64,000 bases of DNA from an uncultured Anaerolineaceae bacterium. Its GTDB lineage: Bacteria > Chloroflexota > Anaerolineae > Anaerolineales > Villigracilaceae. The notes under the pieces were generated by a model. The model searched no databases and had not been told where the DNA came from. It saw only the letters and a program-made list of their open reading frames with translations. The position numbers and the translations under genes are program-made. The DNA lies in contig CAYJLS010000001.1 of assembly GCA_964371065.1 (NCBI GenBank), positions 4,383 through 68,382 on the forward strand, in the 5' to 3' direction. The stretch's first letter is position 1, and each line of letters begins with the position of its first letter. Positions 36,455-45,308 of the stretch are shown here, one piece after another.

Positions 36455-38203
36455 ATGCCAACATCGCTGGTTGAAGGCAATTCCCTTTTGGCCGTGGACG
36501 TCGGCGCGACGACCACGCGCGCCGTGCTTTTCGACGTGGTCGAAGGCGTCTATCGCTTTGTGTCCATCGGGCAGGCGTCCAGCACGGCCGAGGCCCCGTT
36601 CAAGGATATCGGCCTGGGGGTGCGGGAGGCCATCGAAGGCGTCCAGGCTGTCACAGGCCGGATTTTCCTCGACGCGGAACGCAACCTGATCGTCCCGACC
36701 CAGCCCGACGGTTCGGGCGTGGATTCGTTCGCGGCCACGCTTTCCGCCGGGCCGGCCATCCGTACCGCCATCGTCGGCCTGCTCCCGGACGTTTCAATGG
36801 AATCCGCCCGCCGTCTCGCGGAGACAACCTACTGCCGCATCGTTGAACGACTCAGCCTGGCGGACCATCGCCGCCCCGAGGAGCAGATTGACAGCCTCCT
36901 GCGCGCCCGCCCGGACTTGATCCTGCTGACCGGCGGAACGGACGGCGGCGCGTCGCGCTCCCTCCAGAAAATGCTCGATACGGTCGGCCTGGCCTGTTAC
37001 CTGATCCCGTCCGAGAAACGTCCCGCCGTGCTGTTTGCCGGTAACAACAGCCTGTCGGGGGATGTAAAGAAACTGATGGCGGAACTGACCCCCGCCCTGC
37101 ACTTCAGCCCGAACGTGCGCCCCTCGCTCGAAACCGAAGACCTCGACCCGGCCATGAACGAACTGGCGCAGGTGTTCACGGGCATCCGCAAGGGACAGGT
37201 GCGCGGCGTGGATGAACTCGAGGCCTGGTCGAACGGGCATCTCCTGCCCACCTCCTACGCGGCCGGGCGCATGATCCGCTTCATGGGTTCGGGCGCGCCC
37301 GGCGGCGTGCTGGGCGTGGATTTGGGGACCTCGGCCGCTTCGGTTGCGGTGGGGATGGGCGGGCAATGTTGCCTGCGCACGTATCCGCAGTTTGGATTGG
37401 GCGAAAACCTGGCAGCGCTCCTGCAAACCGTTGCGCTCGAAGATTTTACGCGCTGGCTTTCGCTGGATATCCACCAGAACGCGGTGCGCGATACCCTGTA
37501 TCAGAAATCCTACCATCCATCCATTTTGCCCGCCACGCCCGAAGACCGCGTTATCGTTCACGCGGTGACGCGCCAGGCTTTGTACCTTGCCATGCGCGCC
37601 GCGCAAAAGGATTTTCCCGTCGGCATGCGCTCCCTGCGCCCGGACCTGCTACAGTCCTTTGACCTTATTTTTGCCAGCGGCGCCGCGTTGACCGACGGAC
37701 CCACGCCCGGCCAGAACCTGCTCCTGTTGCTGGACGCCATCCAGCCCGTAGGCCGGACGCAGTTCATGCTGGACCGCGCCGGCCTGCTTCCCCTGTTGGG
37801 CGTGGCCGCCGAGGTGAACCATCTACTGCCGGTGCAGGCGCTCGAATCCGGCGCGTTCCACAATCTTGGCACAACCCTTTCCGTTATCAGCGCCGCGTCC
37901 TACGGGACGCCGGTGTTGCAGGCTCGCCTGCTCTATGCGGATAGGAACGAAGCGCGCCTCGAAGTCAAACAGGGTTCGCTCGAAGCCCTGCCGCTGGCGC
38001 TCGGACAGACGGCGCGCCTGTCGCTGCAACCCCTGCATCGCGCGGATGTGGGCTTCGGGCCCGGGCGCGCGCAGACCATCACGGTGGATGGCGGCGCGCT
38101 GGGCGTGGTGATTGATGCGCGCGGCCGTCCGCTCCAATTACCGTCCGACGCGGTGCGCCGCCGCGAACTCTTCAAAAAATGGCTCTGGACGCTGGGAGGC
38201 TAA
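36455..38203 (+). CDS. GlmL/MutL-like ASKHA (actin-fold) ATPase
   Basis: Phosphate-1 LAVDVGATTTRA, PDLILLTGGTDGG, phosphate-2 VLGVDLGTSAA; hallmark of the glutamate mutase L family. Confidence 0.75.
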   Translation: MPTSLVEGNSLLAVDVGATTTRAVLFDVVEGVYRFVSIGQASSTAEAPFKDIGLGVREAIEGVQAVTGRIFLDAERNLIVPTQPDGSGVDSFAATLSAGPAIRTAIVGLLPDVSMESARRLAETTYCRIVERLSLADHRRPEEQIDSLLRARPDLILLTGGTDGGASRSLQKMLDTVGLACYLIPSEKRPAVLFAGNNSLSGDVKKLMAELTPALHFSPNVRPSLETEDLDPAMNELAQVFTGIRKGQVRGVDELEAWSNGHLLPTSYAAGRMIRFMGSGAPGGVLGVDLGTSAASVAVGMGGQCCLRTYPQFGLGENLAALLQTVALEDFTRWLSLDIHQNAVRDTLYQKSYHPSILPATPEDRVIVHAVTRQALYLAMRAAQKDFPVGMRSLRPDLLQSFDLIFASGAALTDGPTPGQNLLLLLDAIQPVGRTQFMLDRAGLLPLLGVAAEVNHLLPVQALESGAFHNLGTTLSVISAASYGTPVLQARLLYADRNEARLEVKQGSLEALPLALGQTARLSLQPLHRADVGFGPGRAQTITVDGGALGVVIDARGRPLQLPSDAVRRRELFKKWLWTLGG

Positions 38204-38206
38204 ACG

Positions 38207-39262
38207 ATGCTTGCACCGGTCACACACATTCTCGGCCTGACCACCATCCTGCGCGAACGCCTCCTGCCCGTGCCGGGCGTCATCAACGTGCGGCTCAACC
38301 AGCGCGTCTCCGCGAGCGACGTGGTGGCCGAAGCCCGCTGGGCGCGCGAGCATATCCTGCTGGATGTGGCGCGCAGCCTGGGCGTTTCCAGCCTCGCGGC
38401 CGACCGCCTGATCCGCTGCAAAGTGGGCGACGAACTGGCCGCCAATACGCTCGTCGCCAGTGGAAGCGGACTGTTTCCGCGGGAAGTGCGCACGCCGCGC
38501 GAGGGACGCGTGGTCGTGGTGGGCGGCGGGCGCGTCCTGATCGAGGTCGGCGAGACGAACATCGAACTGCGCGCCGGCCTGCCCGGGATGGTCATGCAAA
38601 TCGTCCCGGAGCGGGGCGTCGCCATCCAAACTGCCGGGGCGCTGATCCAGGGGGTGTGGGGCAATGGGCGCATTGAAACCGGTATGATGGTCAACCTGAT
38701 GGAGAAACCCGATTCGGCGCTCGAAGCCGGGCGGCTGGATGTGAGCCTGCGCGGCTCGGTCGTTTTGGCGGGCATGGCGCGCGATGCGGACACCCTGCGC
38801 GCCGCCGCCGAATTGCCGGTGCGCGGCTTGATCCTTTCGAGCCTGCATTCCGCCCTGCTCCCGCTGGCCCTGCAAATGCGCTATCCCATTTTGGTGACGG
38901 ACGGTTTCGGCAAACTGCCGATGAACTCCGCCGCCTATCGTCTGCTGACCACCAACGCCAAACGCGAAACCACGGTCAACGCCGAGATGCCGGAGCGTTA
39001 CAGCGGCGCGCGCCCGGAAGTGATCATCCCCCTGCCGGTTTCTGTGGAACCGGCCCAGCCGAACGATGTGGAAACCTTCGCGCCCGGCCAGCAGGTGCGG
39101 ATGCGCGCCGCGCCGAATTTTGGGATGATCGCCTCGCTTGTGCGCCTGCGCCCCGGGCTGTCCACCCTGCCCAGCGGCTTGCGCGCGCCCGCCGCGGATG
39201 TCCGCATGGAGGGCGGCGAGGAGATTCTCGTCCCTCTGGTAAATTTGGAAGTTGTGGGATAA
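38207..39262 (+). CDS. Hypothetical: barrel-sandwich-hybrid-like N-terminus, alpha/beta core, KOW/SH3-like C-terminus
   Basis: VSASDVVA and KVGDEL..VRTPREGRV hybrid-like motifs; GQQVRM..VPLVNLEVV. Confidence 0.6.
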   Translation: MLAPVTHILGLTTILRERLLPVPGVINVRLNQRVSASDVVAEARWAREHILLDVARSLGVSSLAADRLIRCKVGDELAANTLVASGSGLFPREVRTPREGRVVVVGGGRVLIEVGETNIELRAGLPGMVMQIVPERGVAIQTAGALIQGVWGNGRIETGMMVNLMEKPDSALEAGRLDVSLRGSVVLAGMARDADTLRAAAELPVRGLILSSLHSALLPLALQMRYPILVTDGFGKLPMNSAAYRLLTTNAKRETTVNAEMPERYSGARPEVIIPLPVSVEPAQPNDVETFAPGQQVRMRAAPNFGMIASLVRLRPGLSTLPSGLRAPAADVRMEGGEEILVPLVNLEVVG

Positions 39263-39282
39263 TTGTGCTATCATTCATTCGG

Positions 39283-39352
39283 AAAGCAGAAAGCAAAAAG
39301 CGGAATGCAGAAAGCAGAAAGCAGAAAGCAAAAAGCAGAATGCAGAAAGCAA
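39283..39352. repeat. Heptamer array (AAAGCAG), about 10 units
   Basis: Visible periodicity. Confidence 0.9.
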
Positions 39353-39371
39353 TAGATGAGGAGAGTGACCC

Positions 39372-39905
39372 ATGTATGATGAAAGCGATAACCTGAACAC
39401 GCTGGACGATGCGCCACCCCCGGAAGAATCGGGCAATAAAACTTTTCTGCTTGTGGCGGCGGTTTTGGGCGGGTTCGTGCTCCTGTCCATTGTTTGCCTG
39501 GCCGCCTATGGTTTGTATTTCCTACCCAAGCAGACGGCCGCGCGCAATGCTTCACAGTCCACGCTCGTGGCGCAGAACCTGCAGGTGAACCAGGCGCTGA
39601 CGGCAAAGGCGTTGACGAATCTTCCCCAGTCCACCGCCACCCTGGAACCGACCAACACGCCGGTCTTCCAGCAGTCCACTCCCACGCTCGCTTCTCCCCC
39701 GGACCCGCAAACGGCCACTGTCGCCGCGGCGTTGACCCAGGCCGCGCAGGCCCAATTGACGGTGACCTCGTTGCCGACCTCCACGCTCCTGCCCAACACC
39801 GGCTTCATTGACGATGTCGGCGCGCCGGGACTGGCGGTGATGGCCATGGCGCTGGTGGTGGTCATCCTGCTGGCGCGACGATTACGCGTCGCCCCGGCAA
39901 AGTAG
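39372..39905 (+). CDS. Thr-rich surface protein with N-terminal TM and C-terminal LPXTG sorting signal
   Basis: LPNTG, hydrophobic helix, RRLR tail; GAGGAG RBS. Confidence 0.75.
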   Translation: MYDESDNLNTLDDAPPPEESGNKTFLLVAAVLGGFVLLSIVCLAAYGLYFLPKQTAARNASQSTLVAQNLQVNQALTAKALTNLPQSTATLEPTNTPVFQQSTPTLASPPDPQTATVAAALTQAAQAQLTVTSLPTSTLLPNTGFIDDVGAPGLAVMAMALVVVILLARRLRVAPAK

Positions 39906-39924
39906 CCGTACGCATTACTTTTTG

Positions 39925-39958
39925 ATGGGACAGCGGTTTGACTGCTGTCCCATTTTTT
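39925..39958 (+). terminator. Rho-independent terminator
   Basis: ATGGGACAGC / GCTGTCCCAT stem with T-runs on both sides. Confidence 0.85.
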
Positions 39959-40153
39959 AGTGCGGTTTCTTTTCGCAGTCTCATCCCCGAATTGGGCGAT
40001 GTGGGAATGTCGGTAAGATTCAAGCAGGCTGGGAAGCATCAACGCAAACGCGGCTCATAAATCCATCCATCTCACGAAAGCGCTGGCGAGTTGTTAAACG
40101 AACAGGACGAGGAAGATCATTCCTCGCCCTGTTTTTCGAAAGACCAATCCTGG

Positions 40154-41992
40154 TTAGATCACTTTTTCGCGCATCACCGAACTGAGATAATCCATGCTGG
40201 CGACGACGATCGCGATGGCAAACATCTGGGCGCTGGCGGCGCGGTAGTTGAGCAGGTTGATGTTTTGCTGGAGCAGGAAGCCAATGCCGCCGCCGCCCAC
40301 AAATCCGATGATGGTGGACATGCGAACGTTGATGTCCCAGCGGTACATGGTGTAGGAAATGTAGGGCGGGATGATCTGAGGGATGACGGCATAGATGATG
40401 GTTTGCAGACGGTTCGCGCCAGTGGCTTGAATGGCTTCGAGCGGACCGGCCATGATGCTTTCGACCTGTTCCGAGTAAAGTTTGGCAAGGCTGACGATGG
40501 TGTGCAGGCCAAGAGCCATCATGCCCGCGAACGGGCCAATACCCACCGCGATCACGAACACAATCGCCATGACGAGCGCTTCGATGGAGCGCAGGCCGTT
40601 CAGGAAGGTGCGTGTGATGTAGTAAATCACCATGCCGGTGGGCAGTGTGGCTTTAGCCCTGGTAAAGAATGCTATTGCAAGTCCCAGCATGGCCCCGGTT
40701 AATACGGGACCCCACAGGGTGTAAAAGGGGCGGCCGATCTGATACAGCCACTCCACCAGTTGCCCGATCAACCCAAATGTGGCGGCTCCGGCCAGTGTGG
40801 CAAAAACGATGTTGAAGATTTTCATGCTGCTGGGGATCAGTTTTTCTGTGGTTTGCTGCCCCAGCCGCCCCATGAAACTACTCAACGCTCCGCCAGCCGC
40901 CAATCCTCCCAACGCGGGGGTAATGATGCTGACGATATCCCCGGCCTGGAACAGGAAGTTACCGAGGAAGGCAAGCGCTCCCAACTTGGAGACGCCTATC
41001 AGCCCCAGGTTTTTGGCAAGGCTGGCAAGCTGGAACAGGCCAAAGAAACTGACCAGAACTGCCAGGAGTAAAACGCCCAGGCGCGCCAAGCGCAGGGGAG
41101 TCGCTGGTTTGGATATTTCCTCCTGCGGCAAAGCCCAGCGGATACCAAGCCATGTCAAAGTAGGCGTCAGGATGATCGAGATCAGGTTGACTGGAATATT
41201 TTCAGTAAAGGGTGTGCTTAATCCCTCCACCCAGCGGACGATAACAAAGCCCAGCACAATGCCAATCGGCCATCCTAAAATGGACAAGGAAATGCTCGCC
41301 AATGGGCTTTTGACCGGTTTCATCAGGTTTCGGGCAGCAATGAAGCTAAGCGGGATGGCGAGAAGGGTGCCGAACGTGGTTGCCAAAAGGGCCATGAACA
41401 CGGTCTCGACGATTTTTTCCCAGGTGTCGTAAGCGGTCTTGGTAAGGTGCGGTGTACCGACATTGCGGCGCAGGATGGCACGGATGTATTGCACATCCTC
41501 GCTGAGCCGGTTGGGGAGGGTCATTTCAAAGGTGAAGTGACCCGCATCGTCGGTTTCCACATTATCGCGCCCAAGGGCAACCGTGTTGGCCGGGTCACTA
41601 CCGGGGACAAAGCGCAGCGGCCCGGTGGTGTTGGGGGCAAAGTTAAACCCTTCCACGTGTACCGCTTCGCCGGCATTGGCGCATGTGGGGGTAATCACGA
41701 GATAGGGTTCAGTCGTTTCGGGTTCCGGGATGGTCGGGTTGCCATTCGCGGGACACGGCACGTAAATCGGGAAGTTGACAACCTCCTGTTCCTGGTCATA
41801 GGCAAAAATTTCCGGTTTTGCCAAAGCGCGTAACACGCGTACCATACTTTCCTGCCGCCGCTCACTGCGCAGGTCTTCCAGGTCCACCTTGGTAATTTGA
41901 AATCCGTAGGCATACACGAGCAGGCCTGCCAGGACTACCAAACCCAATTGAATGGATTTCCAGGGAGAGGCTTTTTTCTTCTGATTTTTCAT
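40154..41992 (-). CDS. phnE: Phosphonate/phosphite-type ABC permease (PhnE/PtxC) with large insertions
   Basis: ETVFMALLATTFG..PLSFIAARN; RSIEALV, KLYSEQVE, EAIQATGA, YRWDINVRMST. Confidence 0.88.
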   Translation of the reverse strand: MKNQKKKASPWKSIQLGLVVLAGLLVYAYGFQITKVDLEDLRSERRQESMVRVLRALAKPEIFAYDQEQEVVNFPIYVPCPANGNPTIPEPETTEPYLVITPTCANAGEAVHVEGFNFAPNTTGPLRFVPGSDPANTVALGRDNVETDDAGHFTFEMTLPNRLSEDVQYIRAILRRNVGTPHLTKTAYDTWEKIVETVFMALLATTFGTLLAIPLSFIAARNLMKPVKSPLASISLSILGWPIGIVLGFVIVRWVEGLSTPFTENIPVNLISIILTPTLTWLGIRWALPQEEISKPATPLRLARLGVLLLAVLVSFFGLFQLASLAKNLGLIGVSKLGALAFLGNFLFQAGDIVSIITPALGGLAAGGALSSFMGRLGQQTTEKLIPSSMKIFNIVFATLAGAATFGLIGQLVEWLYQIGRPFYTLWGPVLTGAMLGLAIAFFTRAKATLPTGMVIYYITRTFLNGLRSIEALVMAIVFVIAVGIGPFAGMMALGLHTIVSLAKLYSEQVESIMAGPLEAIQATGANRLQTIIYAVIPQIIPPYISYTMYRWDINVRMSTIIGFVGGGGIGFLLQQNINLLNYRAASAQMFAIAIVVASMDYLSSVMREKVI

Positions 41993-41999
41993 GGCATCC

Positions 42000-42752
42000 T
42001 CACCCTATCCGCTCGGCATCGCGGCCATAGATGTCTTTGAATTTCTGATCGTCAATTTCACTGGGCAGGCCCTCGAAGACCAGTTTTCCCTCGTTTAGCG
42101 CAACGGCCCGATCGGCGTAACGATGGACCAGGTCAAGGAAGTGCAGGCTGCATAATACCGTCACGCCGTCTTTATCGTTGATGTCTTCCAGGTGTTTCAT
42201 GATGCTATGCGCCAGGACAGGGTCCAGGCTGGCGACCGGTTCGTCGGCCAGTATCATTTCGGGATCCTGCATCAGGGCGCGGGCGATGCCGACGCGTTGT
42301 TGCTGTCCGCCGCTCAACTCATCCGCGCGCTGGTTGGCCTTATCGGCAATGCCCACACGTTCCAACTGCTTAATGGCTTTTTCCATATCGGCTTTTGGAA
42401 AACGGTTCAGCAAACTCCAGGCCGGATTGATGTAGCCCAGCCTGCCGGCCAGCACGTTGGTAATCACTTTGGAACGATGGACAAGGTTGAACTGTTGGAA
42501 GACCATGCCGATCTTGCGGCGAATACGGCGCATTTCCTCCGGCGAGGCTTTGGTGATGTCCTCGCCATTCCAGAGAATCTGGCCATCAGTGGGTTCGATC
42601 AGACGATTGATACAACGCAACAATGTGGATTTCCCCGATCCGCTCAAACCGATCACTGCCAGGAACTCGCCGTCTGGCACCTCAAAGCTGACGTTATCCA
42701 GTGCTTTCACACCGCCATCATAAATCTTGGTCAGGTTTTTTATTTGAAGCAT
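42000..42752 (-). CDS. phnC: Phosphonate ABC ATP-binding protein
   Basis: GLSGSGKS, LSGGQQQRVGIARAL, ILADEPVASLDP; start MLQIK at 42752. Confidence 0.95.
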   Translation of the reverse strand: MLQIKNLTKIYDGGVKALDNVSFEVPDGEFLAVIGLSGSGKSTLLRCINRLIEPTDGQILWNGEDITKASPEEMRRIRRKIGMVFQQFNLVHRSKVITNVLAGRLGYINPAWSLLNRFPKADMEKAIKQLERVGIADKANQRADELSGGQQQRVGIARALMQDPEMILADEPVASLDPVLAHSIMKHLEDINDKDGVTVLCSLHFLDLVHRYADRAVALNEGKLVFEGLPSEIDDQKFKDIYGRDAERIG

Positions 42753-42854
42753 ACGAGAATATCCTGAATATGATCTGGCGCAATCAGCGCCGTTATGAGA
42801 ACAAATGTTGCCTGAATCCCGGATGTCTTGAATTTCGATGAAAAGTGAACAAGT

Positions 42855-42892
42855 ACAATTTGGGGCAGGGAATTTTCCCTGCCCCAAATTGT
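42855..42892. terminator. 17-bp perfect hairpin between phnD and phnC (terminator/stabiliser)
   Basis: ACAATTTGGGGCAGGGA / TCCCTGCCCCAAATTGT. Confidence 0.75.
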
Positions 42893-42911
42893 CTATCAAA
42901 AGCAGTTGGGC

Positions 42912-44045
42912 TTACGGTTCGATGGTGTAGCCAGTGGCTTCCACCATGGCGCGAACAACGTCGTACTCGGAGTCGGTGGCGGGCAGAATGCCAGTCCAGC
43001 CGTAGAAATCGTTGCTGCCGATGGAGGTGCCCCAGGCTTCTGTTTCGGCGAAGGCCAGCAGGGCCGCTTCGATCTGGGCGCGCAGTTCAGCCGGGAACTC
43101 AGGACCGAAGGCCATCGTGTCGTTCGGGATGGCGGCAGAGATGGCCAGAATGCGGACTTTCTGCACTACATCGGGGGCCTCAGTGCGGATGTTGGCGCGG
43201 GCATCCAGAATGCGGTAACCGTCGCACAGAATCTTCTTGCCATCTTCGTTGAGAGCGCAGTTCGGAATGGATTCCGCGGGGATCTCGTACTGCTCCAGGC
43301 TGGTGATCTTTCCGGCAAGATAGTCGTCATAGCTGAAGATGGGCGCGCCATCCGGGTTCAGCGGCACGCTGTAGAACACGGTGCCGAAATCAACCTCGCC
43401 ATTGTAGACGGCGGTGACGGTCTGGTTGTGGCCGCCGGTCTGAACCTGGTCACCGGGGGTGATTCCAGCCGCGGCCAGTTCGACGGTCGGAACCATGTAA
43501 CCGGAGGTCGAGCCCTGGTCGCCGTAGCCCCAGGTTGCGCCCTCGAGGTCGGCCAGGGTCTGGTATGTGCTGTCGCGGGCGACGATGTACTCAGCCCAGT
43601 AGACCGGGTAGCCAAAGCGGACGGCCTTGAAGGCAACATCCACGCCGCACAATTGGCTGGCGATGGCGTAACCCAGGCCGGGGATGAAGGCCATGGTGTC
43701 CGTGGGGGAGGCGCACATCTCTTCAATGGTGGCGGCGTAGGAGGTCGGGACGACCACTTCGAAGGTCAGGCCGGTGGCTGCGTTCAAAGCCTGGGCCATA
43801 ACCTCACCGCCGGTGGTGATGATGTTCGCATCCACAGACGGGACGAAGAGTACCTTGATGGGGTGTTCGGGGGATCCCACGGTTGGCGCGGGCGGCTCGG
43901 TGGCGGTTGGCGGGACGGCGGTGGGGGGGACGGCAGTCGGAGGGACGGCGGTCGGCGGCACCGTTGTCGCGGCGGGGCCGCAGGCGGAAAGCGCCAGCGT
44001 CAAGGCCACGAGCAGGGAGAACAGAACAGAAAGTCGTTTGGTCAT
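42912..44045 (-). CDS. phnD: Phosphonate/phosphate-binding lipoprotein (PhnD/PtxB family)
   Basis: Lipobox LSAC, TAVPP repeats, VPTSYAATIEEM, DQGSTSGYMVP, IPND. Confidence 0.9.
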   Translation of the reverse strand: MTKRLSVLFSLLVALTLALSACGPAATTVPPTAVPPTAVPPTAVPPTATEPPAPTVGSPEHPIKVLFVPSVDANIITTGGEVMAQALNAATGLTFEVVVPTSYAATIEEMCASPTDTMAFIPGLGYAIASQLCGVDVAFKAVRFGYPVYWAEYIVARDSTYQTLADLEGATWGYGDQGSTSGYMVPTVELAAAGITPGDQVQTGGHNQTVTAVYNGEVDFGTVFYSVPLNPDGAPIFSYDDYLAGKITSLEQYEIPAESIPNCALNEDGKKILCDGYRILDARANIRTEAPDVVQKVRILAISAAIPNDTMAFGPEFPAELRAQIEAALLAFAETEAWGTSIGSNDFYGWTGILPATDSEYDVVRAMVEATGYTIEP

Positions 44046-44199
44046 GTGATTCTTCTCCTAGAAGATTTTGAATTGCAGGGAATCCCCTGCATGGATGGGG
44101 TTGATGATAGCGCGCTTTTGGGCTTGTGGCAAGTGGTAATTATCTGACAACCATCTTAAATTTTTCGGTTTATGCAAAGTGGCAGCCACTTCGCATTTT

Positions 44200-45243
44200 C
44201 TACCTCATCAGCCCCGACAACTCCAGTCTCGATTGCTCCAGCAGGCGGCGCAGCGCGTCGTAAAATGTATCGTCTGCCAGTTCCAACCCGTCAATCTGGT
44301 ACGTGTCGCGCAGGGCGGCGTTGCCCTCCTCGGTCTGGATCATGACCATCAGCGCGGACGTGATGGACAGGCGCATCTCGTCGGGCAGGCTGGCGGCGTA
44401 GGCGACCCCGTCGAACGGGACGATGGCTTCCGTTTCCCAAACGACCACCACCCTTTCGGCCGCGTCCTCGTAACCGGCCGCGATAAAAATCTGGCCGTCG
44501 GCGAGGGTCGCGCCAAACTGGCAGATCGTCCCCTCGGGATCCTGGTAGAGCGACTTGACGACGGTGGCATGTCCCTGCACGAACGCGCCTATCTTCGTCG
44601 GGATGCCGTTCTCGTTCAGGATTCCGAGCGGGACGACATACCCCGTCGGTGAGTAGGGATCGGTCCAGCAGGGCTTTTTGTCCGCGAACTGACCCAGGGC
44701 GGCCGCGGCCTCTGCCAGGTTCGCGCCCGTCGCGGGGTCGAAGTAGACCGTGAAGATGCGGTCGTCCACCATCTGCTTGTTGACGAGGAATTGCGCCGCG
44801 CTCAAAGCCTTCCCAAAGACGGTGGTGGCGAGGGCCGCATCGGCGTGACTTTTTTCGTGCGCCAGCAGGTAGGGAAACGGCGGGAGCCAGGCGATGTGGA
44901 CGCGTCCCGCGCCGAGCGCCTCGACCACTTCCGCGTAGGAGGCGGGCGCAAACGGGACGATGACCAGCCCCGTCAGGTTGGAGAGTTGAGCGACCACGTC
45001 CCGCGCGGACTCGGGAATCTCGCGTCCGCTGGAGGGGATGAGCGCCATGAGGATAGGATTCGCGTCCGTGCCGAGCGGCGCGCCGGGCTCGGGTGTGGGC
45101 TGGGGGGTGGGAATCTGCGTCGAAACCGCGACCAGGCTGGGGGTCGGAGAGGAAGCGGATTCCGTCGGCACGGCAGTCGGCGCGGCGGGCAGGTTGCAGG
45201 CAGTCAGAATAAAAATGAGGAGGAGGAGGCGGAGTCTGGTCAT
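44200..45243 (-). CDS. Second PhnD-family lipoprotein, divergent
   Basis: Lipobox LTAC, SYAEVVEALG, DPYSPTGYVVP, VPFD. Confidence 0.8.
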   Translation of the reverse strand: MTRLRLLLLIFILTACNLPAAPTAVPTESASSPTPSLVAVSTQIPTPQPTPEPGAPLGTDANPILMALIPSSGREIPESARDVVAQLSNLTGLVIVPFAPASYAEVVEALGAGRVHIAWLPPFPYLLAHEKSHADAALATTVFGKALSAAQFLVNKQMVDDRIFTVYFDPATGANLAEAAAALGQFADKKPCWTDPYSPTGYVVPLGILNENGIPTKIGAFVQGHATVVKSLYQDPEGTICQFGATLADGQIFIAAGYEDAAERVVVVWETEAIVPFDGVAYAASLPDEMRLSITSALMVMIQTEEGNAALRDTYQIDGLELADDTFYDALRRLLEQSRLELSGLMR

Positions 45244-45308
45244 GAATCTGATTCGCAAAGTAGGGCGAGATACTATCTCGCCCCTACTGGTTGAAAGGCA
45301 ACGGTTAT

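Noticed and set aside
43890-43965. 15-bp repeats in phnD (TAVPP)
   Set aside because: Ordinary Thr/Pro lipoprotein linker
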